A stretch of DNA of 62,391 bases, the filler included. It is 14 parts of 14 records of this genome, joined end to end, with 100 filler letters (N's around TTAATTAATTAA, not from the genome) between each part and the next. Parts side by side here need not be neighbours in the genome. Positions count along the whole stretch, not along the records: positions 1 to 4,664 come from SRR15195285_15071; positions 4,765 to 12,295 come from SRR15195285_15104; 12 more parts are not named here. One strand, written 5' to 3'. The notes beneath the pieces are model-generated. The model searched no databases and was not told the origin of the DNA. It saw only the letters and a program-made list of their open reading frames with translations. The first letter of the stretch is position 1; every line of letters begins with the position of its first letter. Made by a program: the position numbers and the translations under genes. Below are positions 1-12,295 of the stretch, piece by piece.

Positions 1-690
1 GGGAGACCCCTACAGCGGTGCACTGCCTGGCGACCGATGAGTGGCCTCGGAATAGAAAAGCTCTGAGGTCTGCCCGCGCGAGCCGAGCGGACCCTATGAA
101 TGACTATCACTGATACCAGTAGGCCAGAATAGTACTATCTAGATCTATTATACATGTAGTACAGTACTATTGATAGATCTCCATTAATAATGGTGTACTA
201 TAATATTACCTTGTAACCTGGGTACTATGAATAAGAGTATAGGATTCCTACAAGCGCCGAAGTACTATTCATAGTATCCGGTTAAAGGGGAAGTGACACA
301 AAAGAAAAGGGCTGGGATAGTAGGAACTTCCTACCCGGAGTACGGTACTCAAGCTCGACGCACGCGCAAGTCACAAAACTCCGATCACGGAAGACGGATC
401 AGGCGGAGGCGCGAGCAGTCGGATCAGCCACCGTCCGTCGTTGCGTATTGATGCGCTGTCCCCGCCGTTCTCAGCCCGGCGGCGGCGATTATTTACTTCT
501 ATATACTGTGTTGCGCGGCCGGCGGGGCACGATCCTACTAGTACATATATAGTACATGGCTCATTGGCGTCCTGGCCACTTCGCGTGGATACCGCGCGCG
601 CCGCGGGACGCGGAAAGCGGGGCGGGTTCCGACCAGGGGTTTTCGCGTCCAGGTGTGCCGCCGAGCAGTGCGAGGACAGATTACAGGAGG

Positions 691-2957
691 ATGACGTTCA
701 AGCTCATGATGTGCGTATTCTCAGCAGCGCTCTGTGGGCTTGCGGTGGCGGACTACGAGGACCCTCGGAAGGGGAGCTGTGCCGCTGGTGAGATGCCGGC
801 CAAGTTTCCATTCGGCGGCTGCATGTGCATGCCAAAGTGCACCGCTGGCAAGTGTCCAGCTGCCCCCGGTGGTGCAACCGCTATTCCGACTTGCGAATTC
901 AGCTCTACTGGCAAACCTCCGCCAGACTACTGTGGCCTGCGGTGCAAGAACGGTGAGACATGCCCAACCGGAACTTCATGCGAGATGCCCACCGGTATCT
1001 GTGCGTACCCGTACCCGATGGGCGAGCCGGAGACCGACGACGACAACTTGGTTGAATTTCAGCTCCTAGAACCAGGGCTGGAAACAACACCCGTCCTGCC
1101 ACCGACGCCGCCACGTGACCCGAACGACCCGTACTACACAGCCTATCACTTCCAGCCTTTGAAAAACTGGATGAACGACCCGAATGGTAAGCCCCTGTTC
1201 CGGAGATCGATTTTGCATCCACCTGGCTGCTGGAGCTCGACTGCTTAGGTTACAGTGCTGTGCGGGCACTAACGTACGCTCTGTCACTTGCCGCTGTTAT
1301 CCTGACCAGGTCCTTTCTACGATGAAGCCACGCAGTTGTACCATCTTTTTGCGCAGTACAATCCACATGGACCGAAATGGGGCGACATGAATTGGTACCA
1401 CGCGGTGTCGAAGGACATGGTGCACTGGGCCCACCTACCTGTTGCACTCACACCGGACCATGACTTTGACTGTGGTGGAGAATTCTCTGGGAGCGCTACC
1501 GTCATGCCAGATGCGGCCGGCACGCCTGTGCTTTCCGTCAGCGTTGCCTGTAACAAGTGGGTATTTTTTGCCATCCCAGAGGACAAGGCCAGCGACCCAC
1601 TGATGATCAAGTGGCGCAAAAACGGCACGATGCCGGTCTCGGGCACGCCATTTTCGGGCCCAATCTTTGATGCGCCTAGCTACTCTACGGGTGGTTTCCG
1701 CGACCCGACAACAGCTTGGCAAGGCTCAGACAAGGTTTGGCGCATGGCCACCGGATGTGGAGACAAGAAGAAAGGTGGCGCTTGTCTGTTGAAGTCCAAG
1801 AACTTTGTGAACTGGACCGCCGTTGGCTGGCTGCACCATCCACAAGGGTCGCAGAATACGAACTTGTAAGAGCACTTTTACAGTGAATGCAACGACCCTT
1901 GGCAATTTGCGATCCCTGACCGAACGTGTTTTGTTGTGCTACACAAATTCAGCTGGGAGTGCCCTGACTTCTTCAAAATCCCAGGTAGCGACAAATGGGT
2001 GCTCAAGGGCTCTGCATCTGGAGATTGGTGGTCACTCGGTGACTATACAGAAGTGTCTGGTCAAGAAGCGGATACGTTCAAGCCACTGTCGTATGACGTA
2101 CATGACGGCAGCACGGCTGGTTTGGGTTTGCAGAAGTACGACTTCGGACAATTTTATGCGAGCAAGTAAGTTCACTTAGATAGCCTGCAGCCTTTGCCAT
2201 CTCTTCACCTCCCCTCGTTCTCCGTTGGCATGTGTCATGTATGACCCTGAGGCTGGTCTGACAGTCGCGCCTCTCGTGTTTTGTGGGCAGAACGTTCTAC
2301 GATCCAGCCAAGAAACGCCAGATTTTATGGGGTTGGGTCGCTGAAGAGGGTAGCGCGCCTCACAAAGGCGAAGACTGGTCTTCGATCCAGAGTCTTCCAC
2401 GGTCGGTCGAGATTGATCCTACTAACTCGAGCAGATTGATGTTCCCACCTATCGAGGAGCTCCAGGCACTTCGCGGTGCCCCGATTGCGATCGCGTCCAC
2501 TTCTGTTGGTGCTGATGCTGCCACTAAGCTCGATGTCTCCGCCTCGCTCGATCAGATGGAAATCTTGATCAACATAACTGCAGATTTCACAAAGCCTGGA
2601 GTACAAGCTGGCGTCTCGGTCATGGGCGGGGTTAACGTCACGATTGGCTCGTTGCCGACACCTAATGCCGAGGGTGTGAATCTGCTGAAGCTTCAATGTG
2701 GTTCCAAGGTTGGCCAGTCGGTCATCGGGCCGAGCTCTTCCGAGGTCAGTCTCCGCATCTTTCTCGACAAGTCGTCAATCGAGGCGTATGCAGCTGGAGG
2801 ACGTGGTGTCGCCAGCCATCGCGTGTACCCAACGGCAGATCAACTCCAAAGTGGTGTACAGCTAGTCAACACTGGAAGTGTACCAGTAGCTATAACTGGC
2901 ACTGCGTGGCCAATGGCGGAGGCAAAGCGCCCGAGCGTTCCGGAACTACTCAACTAA
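691..2957 (+). CDS. Secreted GH32 beta-fructofuranosidase/fructan hydrolase with N-terminal Cys-rich module; join(691..1186,1310..1865,1953..2165,2291..2957)
   Basis: Signal peptide MTFKLMMCVFSAALCGLAVA. Splicing three GT-AG introns restores the GH32 motifs WMNDPNG, FSGSA, FRDP, WECPDF and FYASKTFYD, plus the C-terminal LRIFLDKSSIEAY. Confidence 0.93.
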
Positions 2958-3551
2958 GAAATCTCACGGATTTAGCACTACGTAGAGTCGACCCAAGCCA
3001 GCCATCTGTGCTCAGTTGCTTCATTCTTTCGCGTGATGTGGGCGAGCCAATGCGTGCAAGTTCATGAATACAATTCCCGAGTGCTTTTTTCACTGCTTGC
3101 CTACCACCCTACTTTACCACCTCTCGTGTGTCGAGACCTTATGCCCGTTGTCAGAAATGACTTGGTTTCGGGGACTGGGTGTCCTGATCCCCCCCTTTTA
3201 TATCTACCCAATCTCACAACCTGATTTGAGGCAGAGGTTGATGCGTTGCTTGCAGTTTGCTTGAGCCCGCTGTGGGATTGGTGGCGATCCGGCGGGCACT
3301 GAGGTGGTGCTAGGGATGCGAAACACATCGGAGGTAGAGAGCAACGTGGCTGCAGTTTCAAAGACACATACCATGCCACGAGAGCCCTGGCTAGTATACA
3401 AGATGATATGATCAGAGCTGCTAGTGGTAATGATGAATAGCATAGGGCAGTTGATCCTGGCGCAATTGCTACAATAATTATAGTAGACTGTAGACTGGCG
3501 GCACCGATTTGCGTTGCCGCCAGTCTACAGTCACCCACTGTCTGGGAGGAT

Positions 3552-4419
3552 TCACAGCTTAGCACTTTCGAAGCCGACAAACGTCACCGCCTCCTCCATG
3601 CTCTTGCGGTAGGAGTAGACGCGATTCGCTGGGAAACTGGGGTCCGGGAAGCCCACTGCGATCGCCTTCATGATGACTTGATCGTCAGGGATGGATGCGT
3701 GCTCGCGCACCACCGGCGACTGCATGATGCCTTGTGAGTTAATCACACAGCCCAGCCCGCGCGACCAGGCCGCGTTGACCAGCGCCGTCGTGGCGGCACC
3801 GCAGTCAAACGGGGCGTCGTCGCTGTCTGAGAGCTCGCGGTCGTATGTGACGATCACGCAGACGGGCGCGTCGAACTGCCGGAAGCCGCGCAGCACCCAG
3901 TCCTGCCGCCCGTCCTTGTCGTCGCGCGCGATCTGCATCTCGGTGAAGAGCTGCTTGGCGACCTCGACCTGGCGGTTGCGATGCTCGCCGACAAACGCCC
4001 TGCCCTTGCGGAACTCGCGGCTGTCGGGCTCGCCCGCAAGGATGCGCTCGGTGTTGCCCTTCCGGATCCGGTCGAGTGGTTCGCCGGTGATGACGTGGAA
4101 GTGCCACGGCTGCGTGTTCATGGAGGAAGGTGAACGCATGGCGAGGCCAATGACTTCCGCCATCAACTCCATCGGCACCTGCTCCGGCGAGTGGCCAGTT
4201 AGCAGTCCAGGATGCCAATGCAAAACTCATCACCAGACAATTACTGCCGTCGCCAGCATCGCATGCAGTCAATATCAGCGAGTAGTGTACTAGTACTATA
4301 CGTACTGGTTTCTTTAGGTAGCCACGGATCGACTTGCGTCCGAGTACTACTTCATCAAAGCGTTGGGTTGGATCGCCAGCCGCCCAGTCGTCGCCCGTCT
4401 CGTGCTTCCGCTCGGTCAT
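3552..4419 (-). CDS. Bacterial-type FMN-dependent nitroreductase; complement(join(3552..4178,4306..4419))
   Basis: Exon 1 MTERK...FDEVVLGRKSIRGYLKKP splices through intron 4179-4305 (GTACGT...GCTAAC...CAG) to VPMELMAEVIGLAMRSPSSMNTQPWHF...FDCGA...AAWSRGLG. The RxSIR and PSxxNxQPW signatures are present. Confidence 0.92.
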
Positions 4420-4498
4420 GCTGCCAGGGTAACCCAGGCGTAATGCTGCCCCGGCGCGGGCACACACGCGGCGGCGCCGCGCGTGTCCGTCGCCGCGT

Positions 4499-4633
4499 GA
4501 CGCACGCACGCGCGCGCGCGCGTACCGGTACAGCGCGCCGCGCGGCGTGCAGCCGCGTACGATACGCGGTGGCGCGCAGCACCGGTATTGTGATCAGCTA
4601 TTGTATCACGCGCGGTAGGATCCTACTAGTACA
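4499..4633. promoter_or_regulatory. CG-alternating tract plus GTAGGATCCTAC palindrome upstream of the nitroreductase
   Basis: (CG)n-rich run at about 4500-4550 and GTAGGATCCTACTAGTACA at 4615-4633. Similar CG runs precede genes at about 595, 12808-12885, 31085-31125 and 36284-36345. Confidence 0.45.
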
Positions 4634-4664
4634 GTATATTGTATGAATCGCATTCCGCGCGCGA

Positions 4665-4764
4665 NNNNNNNNNNNNNNNNNNNNNNNNNNNNNNNNNNNN
4701 NNNNNNNNTTAATTAATTAANNNNNNNNNNNNNNNNNNNNNNNNNNNNNNNNNNNNNNNNNNNN
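4665..4764. other. Artificial contig-joining spacer (N run-TTAATTAATTAA-N run), first of 13
   Basis: Identical 100-bp spacers with stops in all six frames at 4665-4764, 12296-12395, 15876-15975, 20173-20272, 23603-23702, 28016-28115, 32338-32437, 36106-36205, 41803-41902, 44915-45014, 49570-49669, 53052-53151 and 57728-57827. Confidence 0.99.
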
Positions 4765-7700
4765 GGTTGTTGTAGCCTCCAGCTCGTCCTCCTTGGCCTG
4801 AAGCCTTCGCTTGTACTCGTTTGCTGGGGCTCGGAGTATCCCCTTTTTCAGCCTGATCACTCGAAGCACCATACCACGCGTATAGTCTTCGGGAGTGCAC
4901 GCAACTTGCCTGCCAGAGTGCGTCCTGTACCACTCACCGGCCTTGGCAACTCCAGCATGTATATTTGAAATGCTCTCCAATTCCCCCCTCTCTTGTCCCT
5001 CAACGTTGAGTAAGACTTGTACTGCAAAATGTTCAGTTAGATCTTGACCGTCGTCGTCCGTTGGTAGCAGGTCCACGGAGTTGAGACTCCACTCAATTCC
5101 TTCGCGCTCTTTTACGACGACTTCTTTGATGTCTAGTGCATCTTCAACTGTCCATTTCTCTTCTGTCAGCTGAACTCGGGTGCCATGGATTTTCAACGCT
5201 GGCAGAAGCTCTTCGCTGATTGTGGTGGCCACTGAAGAGCCACCGTCCGCAGCAGAGCTATCATCATGACCCTTCAGCTTGCTACAATCGTTATCGTAGC
5301 CTGAGGTACCAACGTGCACTCCCTTGATCTCTTGGAGTGTGTTCAGCCATGGTCGCAAAAAGACTGGCAGCGCTTGATTCGATTTCCACGCCTTGGGCTT
5401 ATACCCTAACCTTTTCGCAGCGGCTTTTTCCTTCGATGTCAATGCATCGAATTTCGCGCTTGCAGCGCTGACGTACCCCTTATCTATCCACGACCTTTGC
5501 CAGCCTACCCACGCCTCGTCGCCAAGATTGACCTGCCGCGCTGCTCTACGACATTTGTCAGAAAGGCCCATGTCTGACCAGCGCTTGGCAGTGATGGGTG
5601 TTGGTTGCTGCCGATCCCAGGATTCTCCGTCTGCATCGTATCCAAGAGTCACCAGCGCCTGCGTTTGTTCCTCAGTTAGGTCTACCCACTTGCGCTCCAA
5701 GACACTTTGCTTACTTTCCAGAAGCTTCTGCAGCTTCTCGCCCACCTTCTGAATTTTTTCGGCAAATCCAGCGGTGAGCTCATATGACATTCGGAGAGCC
5801 ATCTTCGACTTAAACACGTCAAAGCACAGCTTAGTCATCTCTTCCTCAGTTTTAAGCTTGCCGGCCTCAAAGTCACCTAGGTAGCGTTCCATAGCTGAGG
5901 CAGGTACAGCTTGGCTCTGACGCAGAATTTCGAACACCGCACGTGGGTTGTTGGCCTTCATCGACGCCTTGACCGTGTCCCTAGCAGCTTGGTCGAAGTC
6001 CTCCAGCGTGACAGCGTTGGTCAGTGCGGCAGCTAGGGCTTTAGCCTGAGCATCGGTCAACTTAGCAATCCCCTTGAGACCACCAGCAACAGCTTTAATG
6101 GAAGGCTTAGAGATTGACTTCAAAGAAAACCCCTTGTGCTGATGTCTCAGGTTGTTCAGAGTATGCTCAGGAACCTGGATTGCCTCAGCCATTTTGATCA
6201 GTTCTGATATGCTCTTTGTGCGAAGCTCTATCAGCAGCTCGTCAAGTCTCTCCGTTGCCCAGTTGTTCCAGCCTGCAATGGTTCGTCGTACTAACGTCCC
6301 GTTCATTCCTGGCAAACGCAGCCACTGACACTTCGATTGGATGCGAATGAGGCCATTCCACTCATTTTGTGTATAGATCTTCAACTTGCCGGTCTCTAGT
6401 GCAATATCGTTGTATGTGCCAGACAGAGGGCAATCGAGTGTTCCGTAACCTGTATCGTTGGGCGAGGCCGGGACTTCCTCGGTTTTGCTTGGGTCATTCA
6501 GCTTGTGATCAGGCATGGTGTAATTGTCCTGGTTCGGGATTGGCTCAAACTCGATCTTTGCATTCGGATCAACTTTGTGTTTGATCTGTGAAGGAACAAC
6601 CTCGGGCACTCCACTCTCGGTTTTCTTCGTCACCACATTTCTGGTCAATACATGGACTGGAAGCTTGCTGCACGGCAGCAACTCGCCATCATCCCCTGGT
6701 GCATCAATGATATCGGAAACGCTTCCATCTTCTTCTTTGACTTCTTTGAACTTGGTTAGAATCGCGTACTTGAACCTATCTGAAGTGCCTTCCGTTGGCC
6801 TCCACTGATCATTTTGTACGTGAGGTTTTCGGTTTTCGGCTCCAGGGCCGGGAATCTCTGCGTACAGCATTGCCAGATCTCGACGCCTGTCCAGTATGGC
6901 TTCGATGATCTTTTCAGCAGCAAGCGAGTCGGACCAGTTGGATCCATTCATAGCACCGAAAGGCGCGACTACTCGATCCTTTCTACTTCGCGCGTCGCTG
7001 CTCTTCTTGTCCTGATCTTGTTTGAGCTGTGGCGACTGCCACAGCGCCTTGGTCTTGATCCAACAGTCGCGAAACAGCTCTTTCTGTCCGGCAATCTTCT
7101 CAATGTGCGCTTCAGTATCAGCTGGCCCCAACTGGTGGACGACTCTGCCTTCGTGCGCAATCTTCACCAGCGTCATCTCCATGTGCTCCGTCGGGTCCTT
7201 GATTTTTGACGATGCACCAACGTGGCTTTCTCTGGCCATGGAGCGAACTGTGTTGCGCATGGCGGAGCTATTCATTACAGCTAGCTTGTCTACCTGGTCC
7301 CAAGACTCTTCGTTGTAGCCGAGCAAGGTTGCGGACATCCGCTGGAGCGGGTCCAGGTCCTTCCACATGCGCTTACGGTTGTTCTCGTCACGCAGCGTGA
7401 CAGGCACTCCACCATTATCCCATCGTGGCTGCTCCCAGCCAAGCTCTTCTGCAGCATCGCGCTGGGTCTCCGATAGCTCAGCCCAGTCGAAGTCCATCGG
7501 ATCGGAGCCTTGGATTCCGGCCTCGACATGTGCCTGAAAGGTGTTGACATATGAAGTCGAATACAGCTCTAGTGCATGCTGAATACCTGAACGCTCGCAA
7601 GATTTCCATGCGGCTGTGACAACTGCAAAGACATCGTCCCGCGTCAATTTGACACGGCCAAGCCATGTCTTGTTGGCGTAGTCTTCCCACAAAGCGTTCA

Positions 7701-10700
7701 GGCCTGCAGTTGTCATCCTATTGTCAGCGAGCAGCCAATTGATCATCTCGGTGCGCTCCCCAACGACGGCAGAGTAGTGCTTATCAATGAAGAAATACTT
7801 CCAATTTGCTTCGGTGAAACCAAGAGCTTTGGCATCCTCCTGCTGATCGACAGTCAACCCGTTGAAGTCGGCATCAACCGGCTTGTCCCCGATGGACGCC
7901 GGGCGCTCTTCTTCCCAATCCGAAATATCAGCGTACCCGATGCGCGCGAGCTTCACTTTCTGCTCAGCGTCAAGATCAGGGGACATTTTGGGGGTGATTC
8001 GCTGGGTGACTGGGTTTTGTATGTAGACAGCATGTGGCAGCGTGGTACGCTCTTCGATAGAAAACTCGTCGTCGTCTTCGTCGTCGGCATCGTCCATCAC
8101 CACATCCTCGATCTTTCTCTTGTCGCCATCATCCTCAATTTCGTTGTCTTCTTCCTCAGCGCCAGCAGCAACATTCTCCTCGAGGTCATCAAATGCACCA
8201 GCGATCTGCTCGCCAAATAGATAGAGCTGTTTGGCCTTCCTCTTGATTCGTTCTCTGAGTGTCATCGTTTTGGTGTCTTCTCCTGAAGTACTGCCTTTGT
8301 TCAACGAATCCTGCAGTAGACTGAGGGAATCAACATACTTGCCCACTGCCAAAGTAATATTGAGTATCGCCGGCAGAAAGGTGCCGACAATCATCACCCA
8401 TATCATGAAGGCAGTGTATTCCGGCTGTCCAAAATATTCGCGGGCAAGGTTGTGGCGCATGCACAGCGTGCAGATGAAGATAAACGCTAGTACACTCTCA
8501 GCAAGCAGTTTGGTGCCGTTTGTCATCGGGTCCGCGTAAGGAAGCAAACGAGCAACCAGTACTGTGTATGTGACGGATATAACGCTGCCGACGAACACTT
8601 GCGTGATGCTTCCAGGCTCAATAAAGATCAAGACACCTGAGAGGACAAACTTGCGAGCATATTCAACAAGCTCCCTGCCAAGCAAGAAAAATGCAACCGT
8701 TAGTATCGCGTGACGGCTGAGTACATTGCGCATGGAGTTTGCAGAGCTGCACCATCAACTTACCAGTAGTAGCACTCGGGACGATACGCCTTGACAAAGA
8801 AAGCATACTTCACACGGTCACCTGTGAACAGTTCCTTCACTTTCTGCCATGCCTGTGCAATTGGATCCACCACAGCACGTACGACAGCCTCTGGCTTGCC
8901 AATTGTAGTGCAAGGTATCAGCGGACCCTCGTTGTACCACTCAACAAGGACGTTGTCCTGTTCGCTGTCATCCTTGCCTTTGCCAGAGCGCTTCGGAAAG
9001 GCAGGAGTAGCAAACTCGTCAATCTGCTGGTCCCATACCTCTGCTGTATACCCAAGCCGAATCCCTGCCCGACGCTGGTCAATGGTGAGCTCCTTCCAGT
9101 ATCTCTCAATCCGATGAATGGTCATAGGGCGTAAGCCTAGAGAACGACACAACTTGCCGAACAGAACCCGTCCGTTGATTATCATCCTAGTTGTGTTCTC
9201 GGTGTGTTGGTTGCGGCCATTCCACAGCGCATCAATGGTGCTCGCGGGAAGCATGAACAACTTTGTGCGCCCATCGCGTGCAACCTTAGTCTCCAGGCAT
9301 CGAGTGAAGTTCCGTAAGTTCTCAGAGTTTTCGTGTTCAACCCGTAAAACATGCTTGAGAGGTTGTGGTGGTGGTGGCCATACAATCTTCTTGCGATCCG
9401 CAAGCTTCGTCAGATCACGGTCTAAATCAAGAGGCTCTAGATTGTTTTCGTAGATTTCCGTGAGGCCGACCTTGGTGATGCCATTGCTAGCATCCTCTTG
9501 CCCAACAAAGTGGCAAAGATCGTTGTACTGGCTCGAGCCTTTTACAGTCGCACCTTCGGCAAACTCTTCCAGCTCCCTGAAACGAATCAGACGGTCAAAT
9601 TGCTTAAACGCGAGGCCAGTTTGCCCTTCTGCAGTTGTTTCGTCCTGTTTCCATTCCAGCGCCCACTCGAAGATTTCGTCTACCTGCTGGCGCGTCTCTT
9701 TCTTAAGATTCCATTTGCTCTCACGTTCCTTCTCAGCGTCCTGCCACTCACGGTGCTTCTTTCCCCACCAAGCGACGACATTTGCAAATTTGAGACCACC
9801 AGCATTTTGGTTAATCTCTACGTCGCTGACACCGTGGCTATGACCCTTCTTCCTGTATTCCACAAGCCATTCGAGCTCGTTCTCGGTCGTGCAGCCCTCG
9901 AGCACGGCGGTGAGATCAAGCTCTCGAAGCTCAGCATTCTGCTGATCTACCTCCTTGCTATTCTCGTTCGCCTTGATCAGCCCTATAAGCAGCTCCATCT
10001 CTTTTTTCGCACCTTTCGATACCCCACTATCCTCATCGAGCTCAAGGTCGCCATCTGCATCGATGGCTTTCACTGCCTCGTTGACTAGTGCGCCGTCAGT
10101 GGCGTCGAAGCCAAACTGCACGTCCCACTTCATTGCTCGCATGACAGCGTCCATGTCCTTAGCAGGGACCCGGGTTGACTTCACAGCATTGCCGGAGTCC
10201 TTGAACGCCTTCGGAAACGGAAGCTTCTTCCTGAATTCGTCAATCAAGAGCTGTTCAGTCGTCTCTTGCTCAGGGTGGTCAATCTCTTGCTCAGGCTTGA
10301 ATTCTTGCAACCCCTTTTCGTTTTGCAGCTGCGCCGACATCGCTGGCATGCCCGGATATTCTAGGTTCCGGATGTTGCGAAGCCGATGTGCGTGTGCCTG
10401 GACATCAGAGTCGCTGAACTCCTTATCATAGTATTTCAGAAACCGATCCTTGCCGATGACAGTAGCAGTTCTTTGGGTCGTAGCTGTAGCATCAGCGCCA
10501 TCAGTTGTCATTGGAATGGCCAGCACTGCCTGGAACTGCATGAATGGATCATACTCTCCCGTATCGCGCACAAGCTGAGCAAACTGTTCGTATTTCAGGA
10601 CGCCATCACGGTTGGGATCGTACGCACTGAAGATCGCATTGGCCTTGGCACTGCTGCTTTCGTGGTTGATGACTTTGTCCTCGACTGGATTCGCATACCA

Positions 10701-12295
10701 ATCGACGATTTCGTCTTCCTTGGCTCGTCCGAACGAGCGTGCACTGCGAGTCTTCGGTATCAAGACCTTGGCAGTCAAGCGCATGGCTGCACCCTCAAAT
10801 GCCTGGCCTGCTGTTGCGCCTTTTTCTGGCATCGACACGAGGCTCAGTACTGTACCCTCAAGGCAGGTGTCCACTACCACGTCCAAGTCGGCGTCCTCGC
10901 GATACTCCATAAAGTCCACGCATGTACCTTTATACAGCGACTCCAGAACAAGCTTGCCGTCTGCAAGCCCTGACGCGCGTCTGTGTGCAGTCTGCTGTTT
11001 CTGGCGCAACTCCCGGTCATCTCGGTTTGCGAGTAGCCGTGCATCTCGCTTTTCCTGCGTTTCCATGCCAAAGGATAGATGAAACCACCATTTCTGCGCG
11101 TCTAGCAGCGCCCTTTTATTCATGCCATCTTCCTCAAACGCGTCATCTTCTCGCTGGTTCGGTCCCTTTGAGAGAAAGAGAGTAGCGAGAGCAGCTTTTT
11201 GGCCGTCCGTGAGAGGTGCTGTACCAGATTTCTTCTTCCGCTCAGACTCCTTCTGACCATCGTGTTTCTTCATCTTGCCTTCCCATTCTTTTGGGAGTTC
11301 CCACGGACGAAGAACGTCTGGCGTCAGCACCCGATCATCCCACATGGCTTTGGTTTCTTGCGTGTAGCCAAGCTCTGCCACATGCTGTTTCGAATGGTGG
11401 TCAAGCTCATCATATTTTCGCCCGGAGGGATGCTGGTCATCTGCTTGGAAGAAACGAACGGCTGCCCTGTCGTACTTTGCCTTAAACTCTTCGCGCTCAA
11501 TCTGCGAAGCAGGCATGTGATACAAAAAATTCCAATGTTCTCGGCTGAAATATCGCACTGTATCTTTGCCTATCTGCCGCTTAGAGATGATTTTAGCGCT
11601 TGTGATTGCCTTCTGAATCAGCACACGTGATGGGTGTGGGGTGTCGTCTTTCGACACCCATGGAGTCAGATCTTTGTTTTTGTTATCGTAGCCACTGATT
11701 GTTTTGACTCGTTCACCATCCGTCTCGGGCTTAAACAGCAGCCTCATGAGGGTGGTGCCTGATCTGTCATCCTCGTTCTCGGCGGTCGGATCGCCTGCCA
11801 GCGCAGCCTCAATGCAATCTTTCAGCGATTTACCCCTGACCTCTTCTGTATCGCGCTTGCCTAGGCTTCCTTTGTGAAACTCTGTTAGCACTGGCTCCTT
11901 GTTCCACAGCTCTTCAAGGTCTCCCTCCCCCATTGCCATAGCCCACCGTTGCTCGGACCTAAACAGTTCTATCGACGCCTCCTCAAGGTCGTCCCATTCC
12001 ATATGCACGAACATGCATGGGGCTTTGTCACCGCTTGCCCACATGTCTTCGTCATAGCCCAGCAGTAGCATCATACTGAACAGCTGCGCATCCTCGCTAA
12101 TTTGAGTCCACGACAATGCTTTCAAGTGCCGCCACAGCTCCAGCGCTTGCATCTCAATCAGCTCATTCTGGGCCTGCTCCTCCTCCAGCAACGTCTGGTT
12201 CACTGCCAAAATGATCGCCTCCTCTTTCTTCATGATAAAAGCGTATAGACCACGAGCCTCTTCTGCAGCAGTCTCGTAGGCCTTGATACGGCTAT
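4765..12295 (-). CDS. Giant (about 2,480 aa visible, open at both ends) membrane protein with EF-hand-like motifs, a multi-pass TRP-C-terminal-like TM block and W..L...LG[YFW]...W repeats; complement(join(4765..8674,8764..12295))
   Basis: Intron 8675-8763 (GTAAGT...ACTAAC...CAG) joins the two long ORFs into AYRPECYYWELVEYARKFVLSGVLIFI, a typical protist TM module, followed by about 4 hydrophobic helices. EF-hand-like AIFSAYDPNRDGVLKYEQF. Confidence 0.85.

Noticed and set aside
20..75. Possible hammerhead ribozyme (CCGATGAG...GAAA)
   Set aside because: The core is not CUGAUGA and no stem II pairing forms between GATGAG and GAAA.
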